Part shown: in pieces, positions 28,218 to 37,563 of the stretch
Position numbering within the stretch: the first letter of the stretch is position 1
Layout: each line of letters begins with the position of its first letter
Virus record (IMG/VR): IMGVR_UViG_2684622848_000004
Coordinates: 6,232 to 70,231 of that record
Source of the DNA: a virus
DNA: 64,000 nt
Strand: one strand, 5' to 3'
The notes under the pieces: generated by a model
Told to the model about the DNA's origin: nothing
The model's input: only the letters and a program-made list of their open reading frames with translations
The model's database searches: none
Position numbers and translations under genes: made by a program

Positions 28218-29389
28218 GTGCATTTGATGCCATCACCAAGGCTCGATCGAAACTTGTTTTGCAACAGCCGTTCTTCGGCTGCATGGCCTTGTTCCTCACT
28301 CCTGAAGAGGAAGAAGGTCTAGAAACCATGGCGACAGACGGGAGCAAGCTGTTCTACGATCCTGTCTGGCCAACAACCTTGAGTGAGCAAGAGCTAATGG
28401 GCGCCCTCGCTCATGAAGTCATGCATGTAGCTCTTGAGCACACCATCCGCCGCGGTCAACGAGATCCACAACATTGGAATGAAGCTTGTGACTATGCGAT
28501 CAACGCCGAGCTCATTGAAGCAGGGTTTCAGCTCCCAAAAGATGGCTTCTATCGCAAAGAGTTCGCAGGCCTCACGGCTGAAAGTATTTACAGCCAGCTC
28601 GCAGATGAACGGGAGCAAAACAAGGACCAGCACAACAATGATCAGGGTCAGGGGGATAGCCCTGCAAAAGACCCCGGGGGCTGTGGTGCGGTCCGTGATG
28701 CCACTCAGGCACACGACAAGGCCGGGATGGAAGCCACTCGTGCAGACATCCAAGCCAAGGTGAGACAAGCTGCAATGCTGGCGCGTAAGGCTGCCGGTGG
28801 TGATCTGGGAGAAGGTGTTGAGCGTCTGATCAAGGAGATCACTCAGTCACGGATCAATTGGCGCGATGTGTTGCACCAGTTTATCAACGACCGAGTTGAG
28901 CAAGATTACTCTTGGCAGCGCCCCAACCGGCGCTACCTGCAGCATGGGCTGATCATTCCCGATCTGGTGGCTGATGGGATATCGCACGTGGTCATTGCAA
29001 TCGATACCTCCGGCTCGATTAACCAGCGTGCACTTGAGGCCTTCACCTCGGAAGTTTCCGAGGCGTGCGAAAATGGCGCGCTTTCACGGCTCACCATTGT
29101 TCATGCAGATACCTGTGTCCGCAAAGTGGATGTGTTTGAAGGTGGTGATACTGTCAGCATCAAGCCCAAGGGAGGTGGTGGTACAGCGTTTGCCAAGACC
29201 TTCGAGTGGATCGAGGACAATGCAACAGATGCAGCTGCTGTAATCTACTTCACCGACCTGGAGGTGAGGAGCTTTGGCGAAGAGCCCCACTGCCCCGCTC
29301 TCTGGGCTGTCTGGGGTGATGAGCGCAGGTTCGAACAACTCTCGCAAGCCACTCCGTTCGGAGAAGCAATCTATCTAGCCGCTCATTAG
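28214..29389 (+). CDS. vWA-like domain / putative metallopeptidase (DUF2201)
   Basis: TMATDG, AHEVMHVALEH (HExxH), WN.ACDYAIN, DTSGS MIDAS, GGGGT.F, YFTDL. Confidence 0.92.
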   Translation: MSAFDAITKARSKLVLQQPFFGCMALFLTPEEEEGLETMATDGSKLFYDPVWPTTLSEQELMGALAHEVMHVALEHTIRRGQRDPQHWNEACDYAINAELIEAGFQLPKDGFYRKEFAGLTAESIYSQLADEREQNKDQHNNDQGQGDSPAKDPGGCGAVRDATQAHDKAGMEATRADIQAKVRQAAMLARKAAGGDLGEGVERLIKEITQSRINWRDVLHQFINDRVEQDYSWQRPNRRYLQHGLIIPDLVADGISHVVIAIDTSGSINQRALEAFTSEVSEACENGALSRLTIVHADTCVRKVDVFEGGDTVSIKPKGGGGTAFAKTFEWIEDNATDAAAVIYFTDLEVRSFGEEPHCPALWAVWGDERRFEQLSQATPFGEAIYLAAH

Positions 29390-29468
29390 CGGCCAGTCCA
29401 ACTAACCTTCATTCATTGCGTAAATCAATTTTGAGCTGACCGGTCGCAGATCGGGAAGGAGTACAATC

Positions 29469-30911
29469 ATGACCAAACACACTGCAATCGTACCGGCAGC
29501 CTCCTTGGAGAAGATGTGTGAGGAGCGGGATCTCGCTTTGGAGGTACAGCGACAGGCGGAGGTGCATTCAGCACAAGCAAACACATTATTCAGAAACGCC
29601 AGAATTCGTGCAAACGGTATGACACGAGGTTTCTTCACGCAAGAGTTTGGAGCACCAGTCAATGAAGAACAGTGCATCAATGACGGTGTTGAAAGCTTCC
29701 GACAGGAGATTGACCGAGCTGCGTGGCGTTACCTTCGGCACCTGATCAGGTTTGATGAGATACTCGACAAGACCGCAAAAGAAGAGTTCGAAGATGGCCT
29801 GAAGGAGGATGTTCCAGAGTTTACAGCAGGCAATGTTCAGGCAACGGTTGCAGACTTTCTGATGAACTCCAAACTGATCTTTCAACGCGGTTTGGCGCGC
29901 TGCTTCAGTGAGTTAGACCGCCGCTTCAAATCACATGATGGCTTCAAGGTTGGCTCCCGTATAATCTTAGACAAAGTATTTGATGATTGGGGGCATTGGA
30001 ACCACTACAGAAATCACAAAGATACCTTCCACGACATTGAGCGTGTCTTCAATAAGTTGGATGAAGGTAACACGACGTACATCCCAGAGGGTGAAGAACC
30101 TCCAAAACATCGTTCTCTTGTCGATGTAATCGATGATGATCGAAAAGTGAACCGCACTGCACTTTCTGCCTATCGCTCTACGGTCGAGTCCGAGTACTTC
30201 AAGATTCAAGTGTTTCTGAATGGCAACGCCCATGTGTGGTTCAAGCGGAAAGATCTGGTTGAGAAAGCCAACAAGCATCTTGCCGAATTCTACGGTGAGG
30301 TGATTGGAGACGCTGCAACCAAAGACACCAATCCAGATGATCTGAGAAGCAAGTCAGGACTACCAGCCAAGAACTTATCATTCTATGCAACACCAGAACC
30401 GGTCGTGCGTAAGCTGATCGATATGGATGTTAGGGATTGTATCAAGGGCAAGCTTGTACTGGAGCCAAGTGCGGGGAACGGAGCAATCGTCGCCAAGTGT
30501 CTGGAACTGGGCGCCACAGTTAAGGCAATTGAAATCCATCCAGATCGAGCCCATATGCTCCGCCGGTTTCAGACCTGCAGGCTGGAGGTCGGGGAAACGA
30601 ACTTCCTCAATGCAAAGCCTCGTCCGGTCTACGACTACGTGTTGATGAACCCACCGTTCTCCGGAGCACATTGGATGGAACACGTCATACACGCCTATGA
30701 CTTTCTAAAGCCGGGGGGCGTCCTGCGTGCTGTTTTACCAGCAAGTGCTGAACTGAACGACACCAAAAAGCATCGCACATTCAGAAAATGGGCAGAGCAA
30801 CGTAAGCCACGGTACGGCAGGCTCTGGGAAAGCCTCCCTCCTGAGAGCTTTGCATCGACCGGCACGCGGATCAACACTGTCATCATCGAACTTTACAAAC
30901 CTCACTCCTAA
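29469..30911 (+). CDS. DUF4942-fused class I SAM-dependent amino-DNA methyltransferase
   Basis: RRFKSHDGFK.G.RII N-domain, LEPSAGNG motif I, MNPPF motif IV. Confidence 0.88.
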   Translation: MTKHTAIVPAASLEKMCEERDLALEVQRQAEVHSAQANTLFRNARIRANGMTRGFFTQEFGAPVNEEQCINDGVESFRQEIDRAAWRYLRHLIRFDEILDKTAKEEFEDGLKEDVPEFTAGNVQATVADFLMNSKLIFQRGLARCFSELDRRFKSHDGFKVGSRIILDKVFDDWGHWNHYRNHKDTFHDIERVFNKLDEGNTTYIPEGEEPPKHRSLVDVIDDDRKVNRTALSAYRSTVESEYFKIQVFLNGNAHVWFKRKDLVEKANKHLAEFYGEVIGDAATKDTNPDDLRSKSGLPAKNLSFYATPEPVVRKLIDMDVRDCIKGKLVLEPSAGNGAIVAKCLELGATVKAIEIHPDRAHMLRRFQTCRLEVGETNFLNAKPRPVYDYVLMNPPFSGAHWMEHVIHAYDFLKPGGVLRAVLPASAELNDTKKHRTFRKWAEQRKPRYGRLWESLPPESFASTGTRINTVIIELYKPHS

Positions 30912-30921
30912 GGACACCTCC

Positions 30922-31455
30922 ATGAATTTCTCAGAGTGCTCCATTGCCGGAGCGGTCAAGGATCTCGTGCGCCTCGGTTTCGTCATTGCGGATCAGAAAT
31001 GCTCCGAAGATGGTGACGCCAGCTGCACGGTCTCCGGCCTCCTGCCCTTCGTCCACGTCCGCTGCTCTGGCAAGGTAGTATCAACTGAGACTGCACTGAA
31101 CGAGGGTTCTCATGGGCCTCTTTACCTGGCACCTGCAAGCAACTTCAAGGCAGAGATACTCGCGATTTTGGAAATGCAGGCCTTGGAATTGTCGCGGCCC
31201 TTTCGAAAAGAAATGGCAGCTTCTCTTCCCTCTGAAACGCTTCTTGAGATCGATCGCCTGAACAGCACACCCGAATACGAAGGGTGCTGTGCTTCTCACG
31301 ACTTTATCGACGCCAACATGGTCATGGACGCTGCGCTACGCAAACGCGGTGAAAGATTCCAAACCAATCACGACAACTACGAGACAACTGCCCTTCGGAA
31401 CCGTGCGTGGTCAGTTACTCGCGAACAAGGATTTGCCAATGAAACTTCCTCCTGA
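30922..31455 (+). CDS. Hypothetical protein
   Basis: AAGGA RBS; CASHDF.DANM.M..A..N.AW motif of a mobile-element family. Confidence 0.7.
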   Translation: MNFSECSIAGAVKDLVRLGFVIADQKCSEDGDASCTVSGLLPFVHVRCSGKVVSTETALNEGSHGPLYLAPASNFKAEILAILEMQALELSRPFRKEMAASLPSETLLEIDRLNSTPEYEGCCASHDFIDANMVMDAALRKRGERFQTNHDNYETTALRNRAWSVTREQGFANETSS

Positions 31456-32026
31456 GTTTGATATCCGCCCGGTCATTGAAGTTGGCAAGGACTGCCAGTC
31501 TTTTTCCTCTGAAGAAAGCTACAAGTCTGCTCTGAAGGATTTGCTGGAAGATGAGAAGTCCCCCTCATTCAGCACCTTCTGGACGGTATATCTACTGGAT
31601 GACGTTGGATGCAGTAGCGCCGTTGCCGACCGTTCCTCCAAGCAGTCTGCATTGTTGCTGGTGGCCTCCCTTGCGAGCCTCAAGACAGAACCAAATCGCA
31701 GTCTCGCAATCAATGCCGCATGTGTTTGGGAAGCCATTGTTGACGGCTCCTGTGAGAACAATGCTCTCTGGGAAGGTTGGCGCAGTGACCTTGGTTCATG
31801 CGAAATGCGTGATCAGGTTTACGACCTCGCGGTTTGGGTGCAACAGGTCTACGACGAGTGCATCAAGCAGGATGCGGAAACCACACAAGGACATCCTTTC
31901 GATTGGGATTTTGTCCCTGCAGCACTCGGCTTCATCAAATGCCCCAGTGAAGACAAATACCCCGGTCCGGATGACTATCCTAAGCCGGATGAGATAGCCC
32001 CTCAGGTACTCGCCAAACTCTCGTAA
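31439..32026 (+). CDS. Hypothetical protein
   Basis: ATG 31439 overlapping upstream gene; followed by terminator. Confidence 0.65.
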   Translation: MKLPPEFDIRPVIEVGKDCQSFSSEESYKSALKDLLEDEKSPSFSTFWTVYLLDDVGCSSAVADRSSKQSALLLVASLASLKTEPNRSLAINAACVWEAIVDGSCENNALWEGWRSDLGSCEMRDQVYDLAVWVQQVYDECIKQDAETTQGHPFDWDFVPAALGFIKCPSEDKYPGPDDYPKPDEIAPQVLAKLS

Positions 32027-32048
32027 CCGCCACACGGCGGTTTTTTGT
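32026..32048 (+). terminator. Intrinsic terminator
   Basis: ACCGCC-ACAC-GGCGGT then T-run. Confidence 0.75.
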
Positions 32049-32089
32049 GTCTCAATTTCATTTAACGTCATTGTTTAGAGGACTAACCC

Positions 32090-33229
32090 ATGTCTGCATT
32101 GCCACAAGCCACCATCGCTGCAACCGATTTCTCCGCCGCTATCAAGAACTGCTATAACGTCGCTGCACGTCGCTCAACAATCTCTGTATTAACCGGAGTG
32201 GTGATCTCAGGAAATGATAACGGCGAGCTCTCATTCACGACCACTGATCTAGATCAACTGAACACCTCCACAGTGAGAACAACCGGCGATACCATTCCCG
32301 TTGATTTCACCGCACTGGTGAGTGTTGAGAAGATCAAAAAAGTGCTCGACAAGTCAAAGACTGGCACACAGGTCGAGCTCACATCAAACAATGATAACCT
32401 TGAGCTGAAATGTGGTTCACTCAGTCTCACCTTTCCGATGATTGCAGACATCTCTGAGTTCCCGGACACATACCTGACAGAGGATGCACAAGTGAAGGCA
32501 TTTGAGCTTTCTCGCTCGGAACTCAAAGACATCTTCACCAAGACGCTCATGTCAGTCTCAACCGAGGCCACGCGCTACTACCTGGGAGGTGTCTACATGC
32601 ACACTGTTGAAGGGAACACGCTGATCTTCACGTCCACCGATGGCCACCGAATGACAAAATACGAAACACGCCATCAGATAGAAGGCCTGCCAGATGTCAT
32701 CATCCCAGCACTGGCTGTTAAAGAGATGCTACGTCGCCTGAAAGACAAGAGCTGTCCTGAGACCGTTACAATTGAAGTAAGCGACAGACAGGTCAACCTG
32801 GTTTCAGGTCACGATAAGCTCAGAACAAAGGTGGTTGATGGTACCTTTCCCGACTACCAGCGCATCATTCCAGAGCTATCTCGGGACAGTCATGTCACCT
32901 TGAAGATGGACGCAAAGAAAGCCATTGAAGCGATTGGAAGCGTAACATGCGTAGCAGACAAAAAAGGTCATGCAATCAAGATCTATCAGGAAGACGATAG
33001 CTACTGGATCTCATGCAGTGCACAAGGCGGCACAGCAAAACACAAACTCGAAGCAACCGGTGAGCAACTTGATTTTGCGATTGGATTTAACAATTCCTAC
33101 GTCACGGACATTCTCAAAGATGTTGGCTCTGAAGCACAGATCCATCTCTCAAACTCTGACAATCCAGCAGTGATCCAGCCGGTCGATACCTACGGCCTGA
33201 CCTACGTTCTCATGCCGATGAGACCCTGA
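32090..33229 (+). CDS. dnaN: DNA polymerase III beta sliding clamp homolog (phage-borne)
   Basis: 379 aa; TTTDLD, STEATRYYLGGVY, STDGHRM, VDGTFPDYQRII, IGFN..YV.D.L, YVLMPMR. Confidence 0.95.
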   Translation: MSALPQATIAATDFSAAIKNCYNVAARRSTISVLTGVVISGNDNGELSFTTTDLDQLNTSTVRTTGDTIPVDFTALVSVEKIKKVLDKSKTGTQVELTSNNDNLELKCGSLSLTFPMIADISEFPDTYLTEDAQVKAFELSRSELKDIFTKTLMSVSTEATRYYLGGVYMHTVEGNTLIFTSTDGHRMTKYETRHQIEGLPDVIIPALAVKEMLRRLKDKSCPETVTIEVSDRQVNLVSGHDKLRTKVVDGTFPDYQRIIPELSRDSHVTLKMDAKKAIEAIGSVTCVADKKGHAIKIYQEDDSYWISCSAQGGTAKHKLEATGEQLDFAIGFNNSYVTDILKDVGSEAQIHLSNSDNPAVIQPVDTYGLTYVLMPMRP

Positions 33230-33238
33230 TATTCTAAC

Positions 33239-33266
33239 AAAAGAGCTCCTTAATGGAGCTCTCTTT
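33239..33266. terminator. Bidirectional terminator between convergent genes
   Basis: AGAGCTCC-TTAAT-GGAGCTCT with A/T flanks. Confidence 0.7.
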
Positions 33267-33631
33267 CAGAAGTCAAACCTGACATCCTTCAGCTCTGGTC
33301 GCTGCCCGACCTCCACGACCTCTGCCTCTATATCAAACTGGCAGCGCGGGTTTTCTTTCACGCAATTGTCCAACATCAAGCGAACGAGAGGCATTTGGTC
33401 GTTTGAAAAGTTTGCTATTAGCGTCGTCAGAAACTGGCCGTTGTAAAACACCCTACAACTCATGCCGTACACGCCATTGGCGACCCACATACAGCTGGTC
33501 AACTGGACCCGCTGCCCTACCAAGGATTGCTCACCAAATACCAAGTCTTGGGCGGTGATCCGAGGGGCTGCCTGAGCCGACTGCACAGCGCTCAAAAACA
33601 AAGAGCAAACAATAAAGAATACACGCATCAA
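33266..33631 (-). CDS. Secreted small protein (signal peptide, 4 Cys)
   Basis: MMRVFFIVCSLFLSAVQSAQA signal peptide; GGGAG RBS. Confidence 0.75.
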   Translation of the reverse strand: MMRVFFIVCSLFLSAVQSAQAAPRITAQDLVFGEQSLVGQRVQLTSCMWVANGVYGMSCRVFYNGQFLTTLIANFSNDQMPLVRLMLDNCVKENPRCQFDIEAEVVEVGQRPELKDVRFDF

Positions 33632-33762
33632 TCAATCTCCCACCAACAACAGATAGTCAACATCGCTTGCCCCTTGGCTGTCAACATCATCATATGAGGA
33701 AATTTATGGTTGCAATCACGACGCCTAAAAGCTTTAAAGTCGCCACAGGCAAAGGTGGTGAC

Positions 33763-34038
33763 ATGGTTAAAGAACAGACTGACTTTGAGATCTGGATGCA
33801 AGCCCATGGCTTTCACGGAAAACAGGTTTCAGCAGCCGGGGAAGCAATTGGGTTTGCCAGCGCGACATCCAAGCGAGCAAAAGCCGGTACGAAAACCCTT
33901 TCCAAGACCGACCGTCTTGCAATGGCTGCTGTGAGAGCCGGAATACCTGAGTGGACACCGGAAACAGATGAAGAGATACACGCCCTTGGTGTGTTGCGTC
34001 AGGCTCTTGCCGCGTCTTCACAGTCCTCCGGCGACTGA
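33763..34038 (+). CDS. Small HTH-like protein
   Basis: GGTGG RBS; WMQAHGFHGKQV..AG..IG..LSKTDRLAMAAVRAG. Confidence 0.65.
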   Translation: MVKEQTDFEIWMQAHGFHGKQVSAAGEAIGFASATSKRAKAGTKTLSKTDRLAMAAVRAGIPEWTPETDEEIHALGVLRQALAASSQSSGD

Positions 34039-34308
34039 TGTGGGGGAGTGATAAAGTCTCATACTCAGTATTCTAAGAAGTAGGACTCTACGAGCGGTAT
34101 TTTTGGTCGGTGCGGGTTCTGGGTAGACCGGATGGCGACCGTCTCCCCTTGGTTCTTGATGCCAGCGGAGTGTCTGCTCATTACCCAGCTTGCAAAACGG
34201 ATCAGGGACACTGCTGTGGGTGAGAATCTGATTGTTATTCAAAAGCCAATCTTGTCCAATTTAACTCGACTACGAACAATCAATCTCAACCTATTCGATA
34301 AGCATAGT

Positions 34309-35421
34309 TTAGTACTCGCCATTGGTCTTGCAGAAGATTTCTTGCCGGTGGAAAGCAAGGAACTTTCTTTGCGCAGAAGACGGCCTTTTTCTCAAGGCGC
34401 TTCCTAACTGTAAGAGATTCCGCTCGGACTCCGTGAGTGAAGCGGATATGAGCATCTCCCCAGTATCAGAAAAAGAGATTAGGCCGCGATCAAATAGGGC
34501 GTCAAAATTTGCTGTTAGCAGAAGGCCGTTTTCTACGTCCAATCGTTCCTCGTTGGTCGATGATCGCCAGGGCTTGATATGTGAAGCTCTTAAAACTTCG
34601 CGCCTTTGACAGTCGGTTACGGCACAGCCATTTTGCCAATAACCATCTAATTTGCTGCGAAAGTTTCCCTGCCCAACACGTGCCAGTTGAAGTTGTTGTC
34701 TATCCGTATTGGAGATCAATTTGTCATTAGCAATTGCGTAAACGTCTTGTTCTAGTGAACTCGTTAATCCACCAACAAGCTCGTCAATTTTTTTCCACGC
34801 AGGTTTTCTTTGATCAAATGGAATTTGATGAAGAATTGATTTTGCGACCTCTTCAGGAATTACTGTATGACTTGTAAATCGCGGAATAAGACGACTCTTA
34901 CCGGTGATGTTTGGAGCTGACAAAGTAACGGGTTCAGAAAGCCACAAAAAGTGATCTTCAGGACAGTGCCAGTTTGGAATCCAAGTTTCGCCCTTTTTAA
35001 AAGATTTATTGAACTCGGTTTCGTTGTTTTTGTATTTCTCTCTTACAAGAGGCTCCGCCCATGCTTGCTGCCGCATTGCTCTGAAATCGAAGTTTCCCGT
35101 AATCTTACGTCGTTCTCGCTCTTCTAACCTATGTGTTGCAGACCCCGCGACCCCAACCAAGTCTTGTCTTCCATCGTGACATGCATACATGAAGACCACT
35201 GTGTTCCCCAAATTCTCTAAGGATGTTGCCGCTTCAATACCTTCTGTGTGAAATGCTCTTTGAGGAATGTTGTCGAGAGAAAACCGCATGAGATCGGAGT
35301 TATTCCATTCTTCATGCCCATACCCTTCTTCAAACGGAAAGCCCGAACCAGCCTTGTGCCCGCTTGGTTCCTTATAGTCTTTTGAGTTCCAAAATATTGG
35401 TTTTAAAATATAGAGAGACAT
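34309..35421 (-). CDS. HNH endonuclease with unknown N-terminal domain (putative restriction/defence)
   Basis: CAVT..LRASHIKPW..D..NGLLL..FDALFDRGLISF; AT-richer than neighbours. Confidence 0.88.
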   Translation of the reverse strand: MSLYILKPIFWNSKDYKEPSGHKAGSGFPFEEGYGHEEWNNSDLMRFSLDNIPQRAFHTEGIEAATSLENLGNTVVFMYACHDGRQDLVGVAGSATHRLEERERRKITGNFDFRAMRQQAWAEPLVREKYKNNETEFNKSFKKGETWIPNWHCPEDHFLWLSEPVTLSAPNITGKSRLIPRFTSHTVIPEEVAKSILHQIPFDQRKPAWKKIDELVGGLTSSLEQDVYAIANDKLISNTDRQQLQLARVGQGNFRSKLDGYWQNGCAVTDCQRREVLRASHIKPWRSSTNEERLDVENGLLLTANFDALFDRGLISFSDTGEMLISASLTESERNLLQLGSALRKRPSSAQRKFLAFHRQEIFCKTNGEY

Positions 35422-35779
35422 TTTTTGTTCTGCCTAAATGAGATTCATAATTGTTAAAATGAAATCAACTGCTAGCACTCGCTATGCCAATATGCGGACG
35501 AAGTGGACCTTCGTTGCACTGCGTGAACTGAGGTAAGAGAGAGGCCGTTGCCTGCACGCAGGGCACACTGCGGACATTCGGGTGGTCCGATCAAAGGTTG
35601 AGCCAGTCGTTGCGGATGAGACGACGCTCTCGTTCTGGAGAACTCGTCTCGGCATATGATCGTGTGACTGCCGGATATGAAATGGGGTCATTGTGCGGAC
35701 AGTCAATATGACAAACTAGGCCTCCGCTCAACGCACATAATGGTAGATTGAAGATGGCTTTACGTTCGCGATAGTTACA

Positions 35780-37168
35780 TCATCCCTGATAGGGCCATCC
35801 CGTCAATTCAAGTCTATTGAGGAATTCACCATACAGATGCGATACTGCAAGGTCTGTATGATCGTGCGGAGCCCAATCTACAAAGTTTTCGTTATTGTAG
35901 AGCTCAGTTTCTAACAAACGGGCTTCGTCAATTTCCCCTTTTCTTTTCAATACGCGAATCTTACGCAATGGATTGGCATGCAGTTTTCTCTTAAACTCCA
36001 AGTTCGGATGTAGTTGCGTGTCCTTTGTCCCAAATGTCCGGTTTGTATCAGTAGGTCCACCAAGATAATCAACAGCACGTATGTCTGCAGCTACAAGTGA
36101 AATTCCGTATATATTCGCAAGGTTCAATGTTGCTGCATCTGCAAATGCCGGAACCACAGATCCAGTAGGCGGGATTGGTCGGTTCAGAATTGCATGATCG
36201 AAGCTCGTGCCTCGCAGTTCAGCACGAAAGAAGTCTGCATAATTTAGTAGAGAGCCACTTAGCAGAGAACCTTTAAGCTGGCTCTCTCGAAAGTTAGCCG
36301 CTTCCAGTCGACTGCGAATAAAAATTGCGGCTGAAAATTCGCCCTTGTTAAAGTTAACACCGGACAAATCTGTTTTTCTCAAATCCAATCTAAATTCCTG
36401 GCCCCACTCAAGTTGTATTTGCTGTTCGGAACGCCGCCCAATGACACTGATGGCAGCCTGAATATCAGTTCGGGGAATAGCAAATTTAAACGGTGGCTCG
36501 CTTGGTTCTAGAGAAGTAACTGGTGCATTTTCTCTAACGTAGGCACAAAGTATTTCCATGATCTGTATGTGATCACGAAGGCTATCTTGTGCAATACGCT
36601 CCAAAGCATAAATTGCCCCAATTCGAACTTCCAAATTGGGGACACTTTGTTCGTACGTTTCGCGGTCTACAATCGATGTTCCGTCAGGATGCACAGCTGG
36701 CATTGGATTTCCGTCTTCACCCACCTGCCATTTGTCATCCACACTCTTATATCGAGGTGTTTCTATTATTTCTCTTACGGTCTTTTCAGTACCGAGTCCC
36801 TCAACAGCCTTATTAATTCGGTCTGTAATCTGACTTTGCAGTGCAACATCTGCATTCTGCTGGGCTACTATAGACCGCCAAACCAGGAATGGGGCAGCAA
36901 ATGTGGCAGCTAAAACAAGACCAATGTTTCTAATAGCTCCCCCAGTAGGGTCACCTGCATACGGGCCAAGACCAATGAATGCGAGGCAAAGCAGTACTAG
37001 CCCAACAAGGCTAATTAAAAAAACCATAATCATTGCAGCGAACAGAACTGCTCCAATAGAGCTACCCAACCAACGGACGCTTGAAAAGTCAGGGTTCTTC
37101 TTGAGATGAATCCAGTCCCAGAAAGTCAGCTTTTCGCTTTTCATGGAATATTCTTTCCAGCAATACAA
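35780..37168 (-). CDS. Membrane-anchored pentapeptide-repeat protein
   Basis: Two N-terminal TM helices, ITDRINKAVEGLG, EVRIGAIYALERIAQDS, A(D/N)Lxx repeats. Confidence 0.88.
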   Translation of the reverse strand: MYCWKEYSMKSEKLTFWDWIHLKKNPDFSSVRWLGSSIGAVLFAAMIMVFLISLVGLVLLCLAFIGLGPYAGDPTGGAIRNIGLVLAATFAAPFLVWRSIVAQQNADVALQSQITDRINKAVEGLGTEKTVREIIETPRYKSVDDKWQVGEDGNPMPAVHPDGTSIVDRETYEQSVPNLEVRIGAIYALERIAQDSLRDHIQIMEILCAYVRENAPVTSLEPSEPPFKFAIPRTDIQAAISVIGRRSEQQIQLEWGQEFRLDLRKTDLSGVNFNKGEFSAAIFIRSRLEAANFRESQLKGSLLSGSLLNYADFFRAELRGTSFDHAILNRPIPPTGSVVPAFADAATLNLANIYGISLVAADIRAVDYLGGPTDTNRTFGTKDTQLHPNLEFKRKLHANPLRKIRVLKRKGEIDEARLLETELYNNENFVDWAPHDHTDLAVSHLYGEFLNRLELTGWPYQG

Positions 37169-37563
37169 ATGTGTTAAATCAAGATTACGCCAAGTAACTA
37201 AGTATTCTAGGCTACTTATGGCAGACCAATTTTCTTAGCTCAAGCAATTAAATTATTAACAAAAGGCGTAACAGCCACCTAGAAAATTTAATTACCACTG
37301 GGTAGCTAGGAAGTTCTTATTCTCTATTGAATATTCGTAGAGGTAGCCCTGAGAGGGCTAATACTGGATCGATAAACTCGGCCAGTCAGAGATTTGTCTT
37401 TTAGATGAAACGATGAGGGAACGGGATGATCTTTAAGTTTTATGGCGAAGATATCTTAAGTCACGAAAGTACATCTAAACGACAGCTTTGGTCACCAAGC
37501 GCTATGTTGCATCCGCGAGAGCCTGCGCTCCGATGAAGGTCAGCTATGTTTTCGTGTGGAAAT

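Noticed and set aside
22550-33229. Independent satellite/ICE inserted in the prophage
   Set aside because: No integrase, relaxase, replicase or flanking direct repeats seen; treated as part of the phage, pending comparison with relatives
34018-34242. 74-aa ORF downstream of the HNH gene
   Set aside because: No RBS or motif, overlaps the convergent HTH gene end; not supportable
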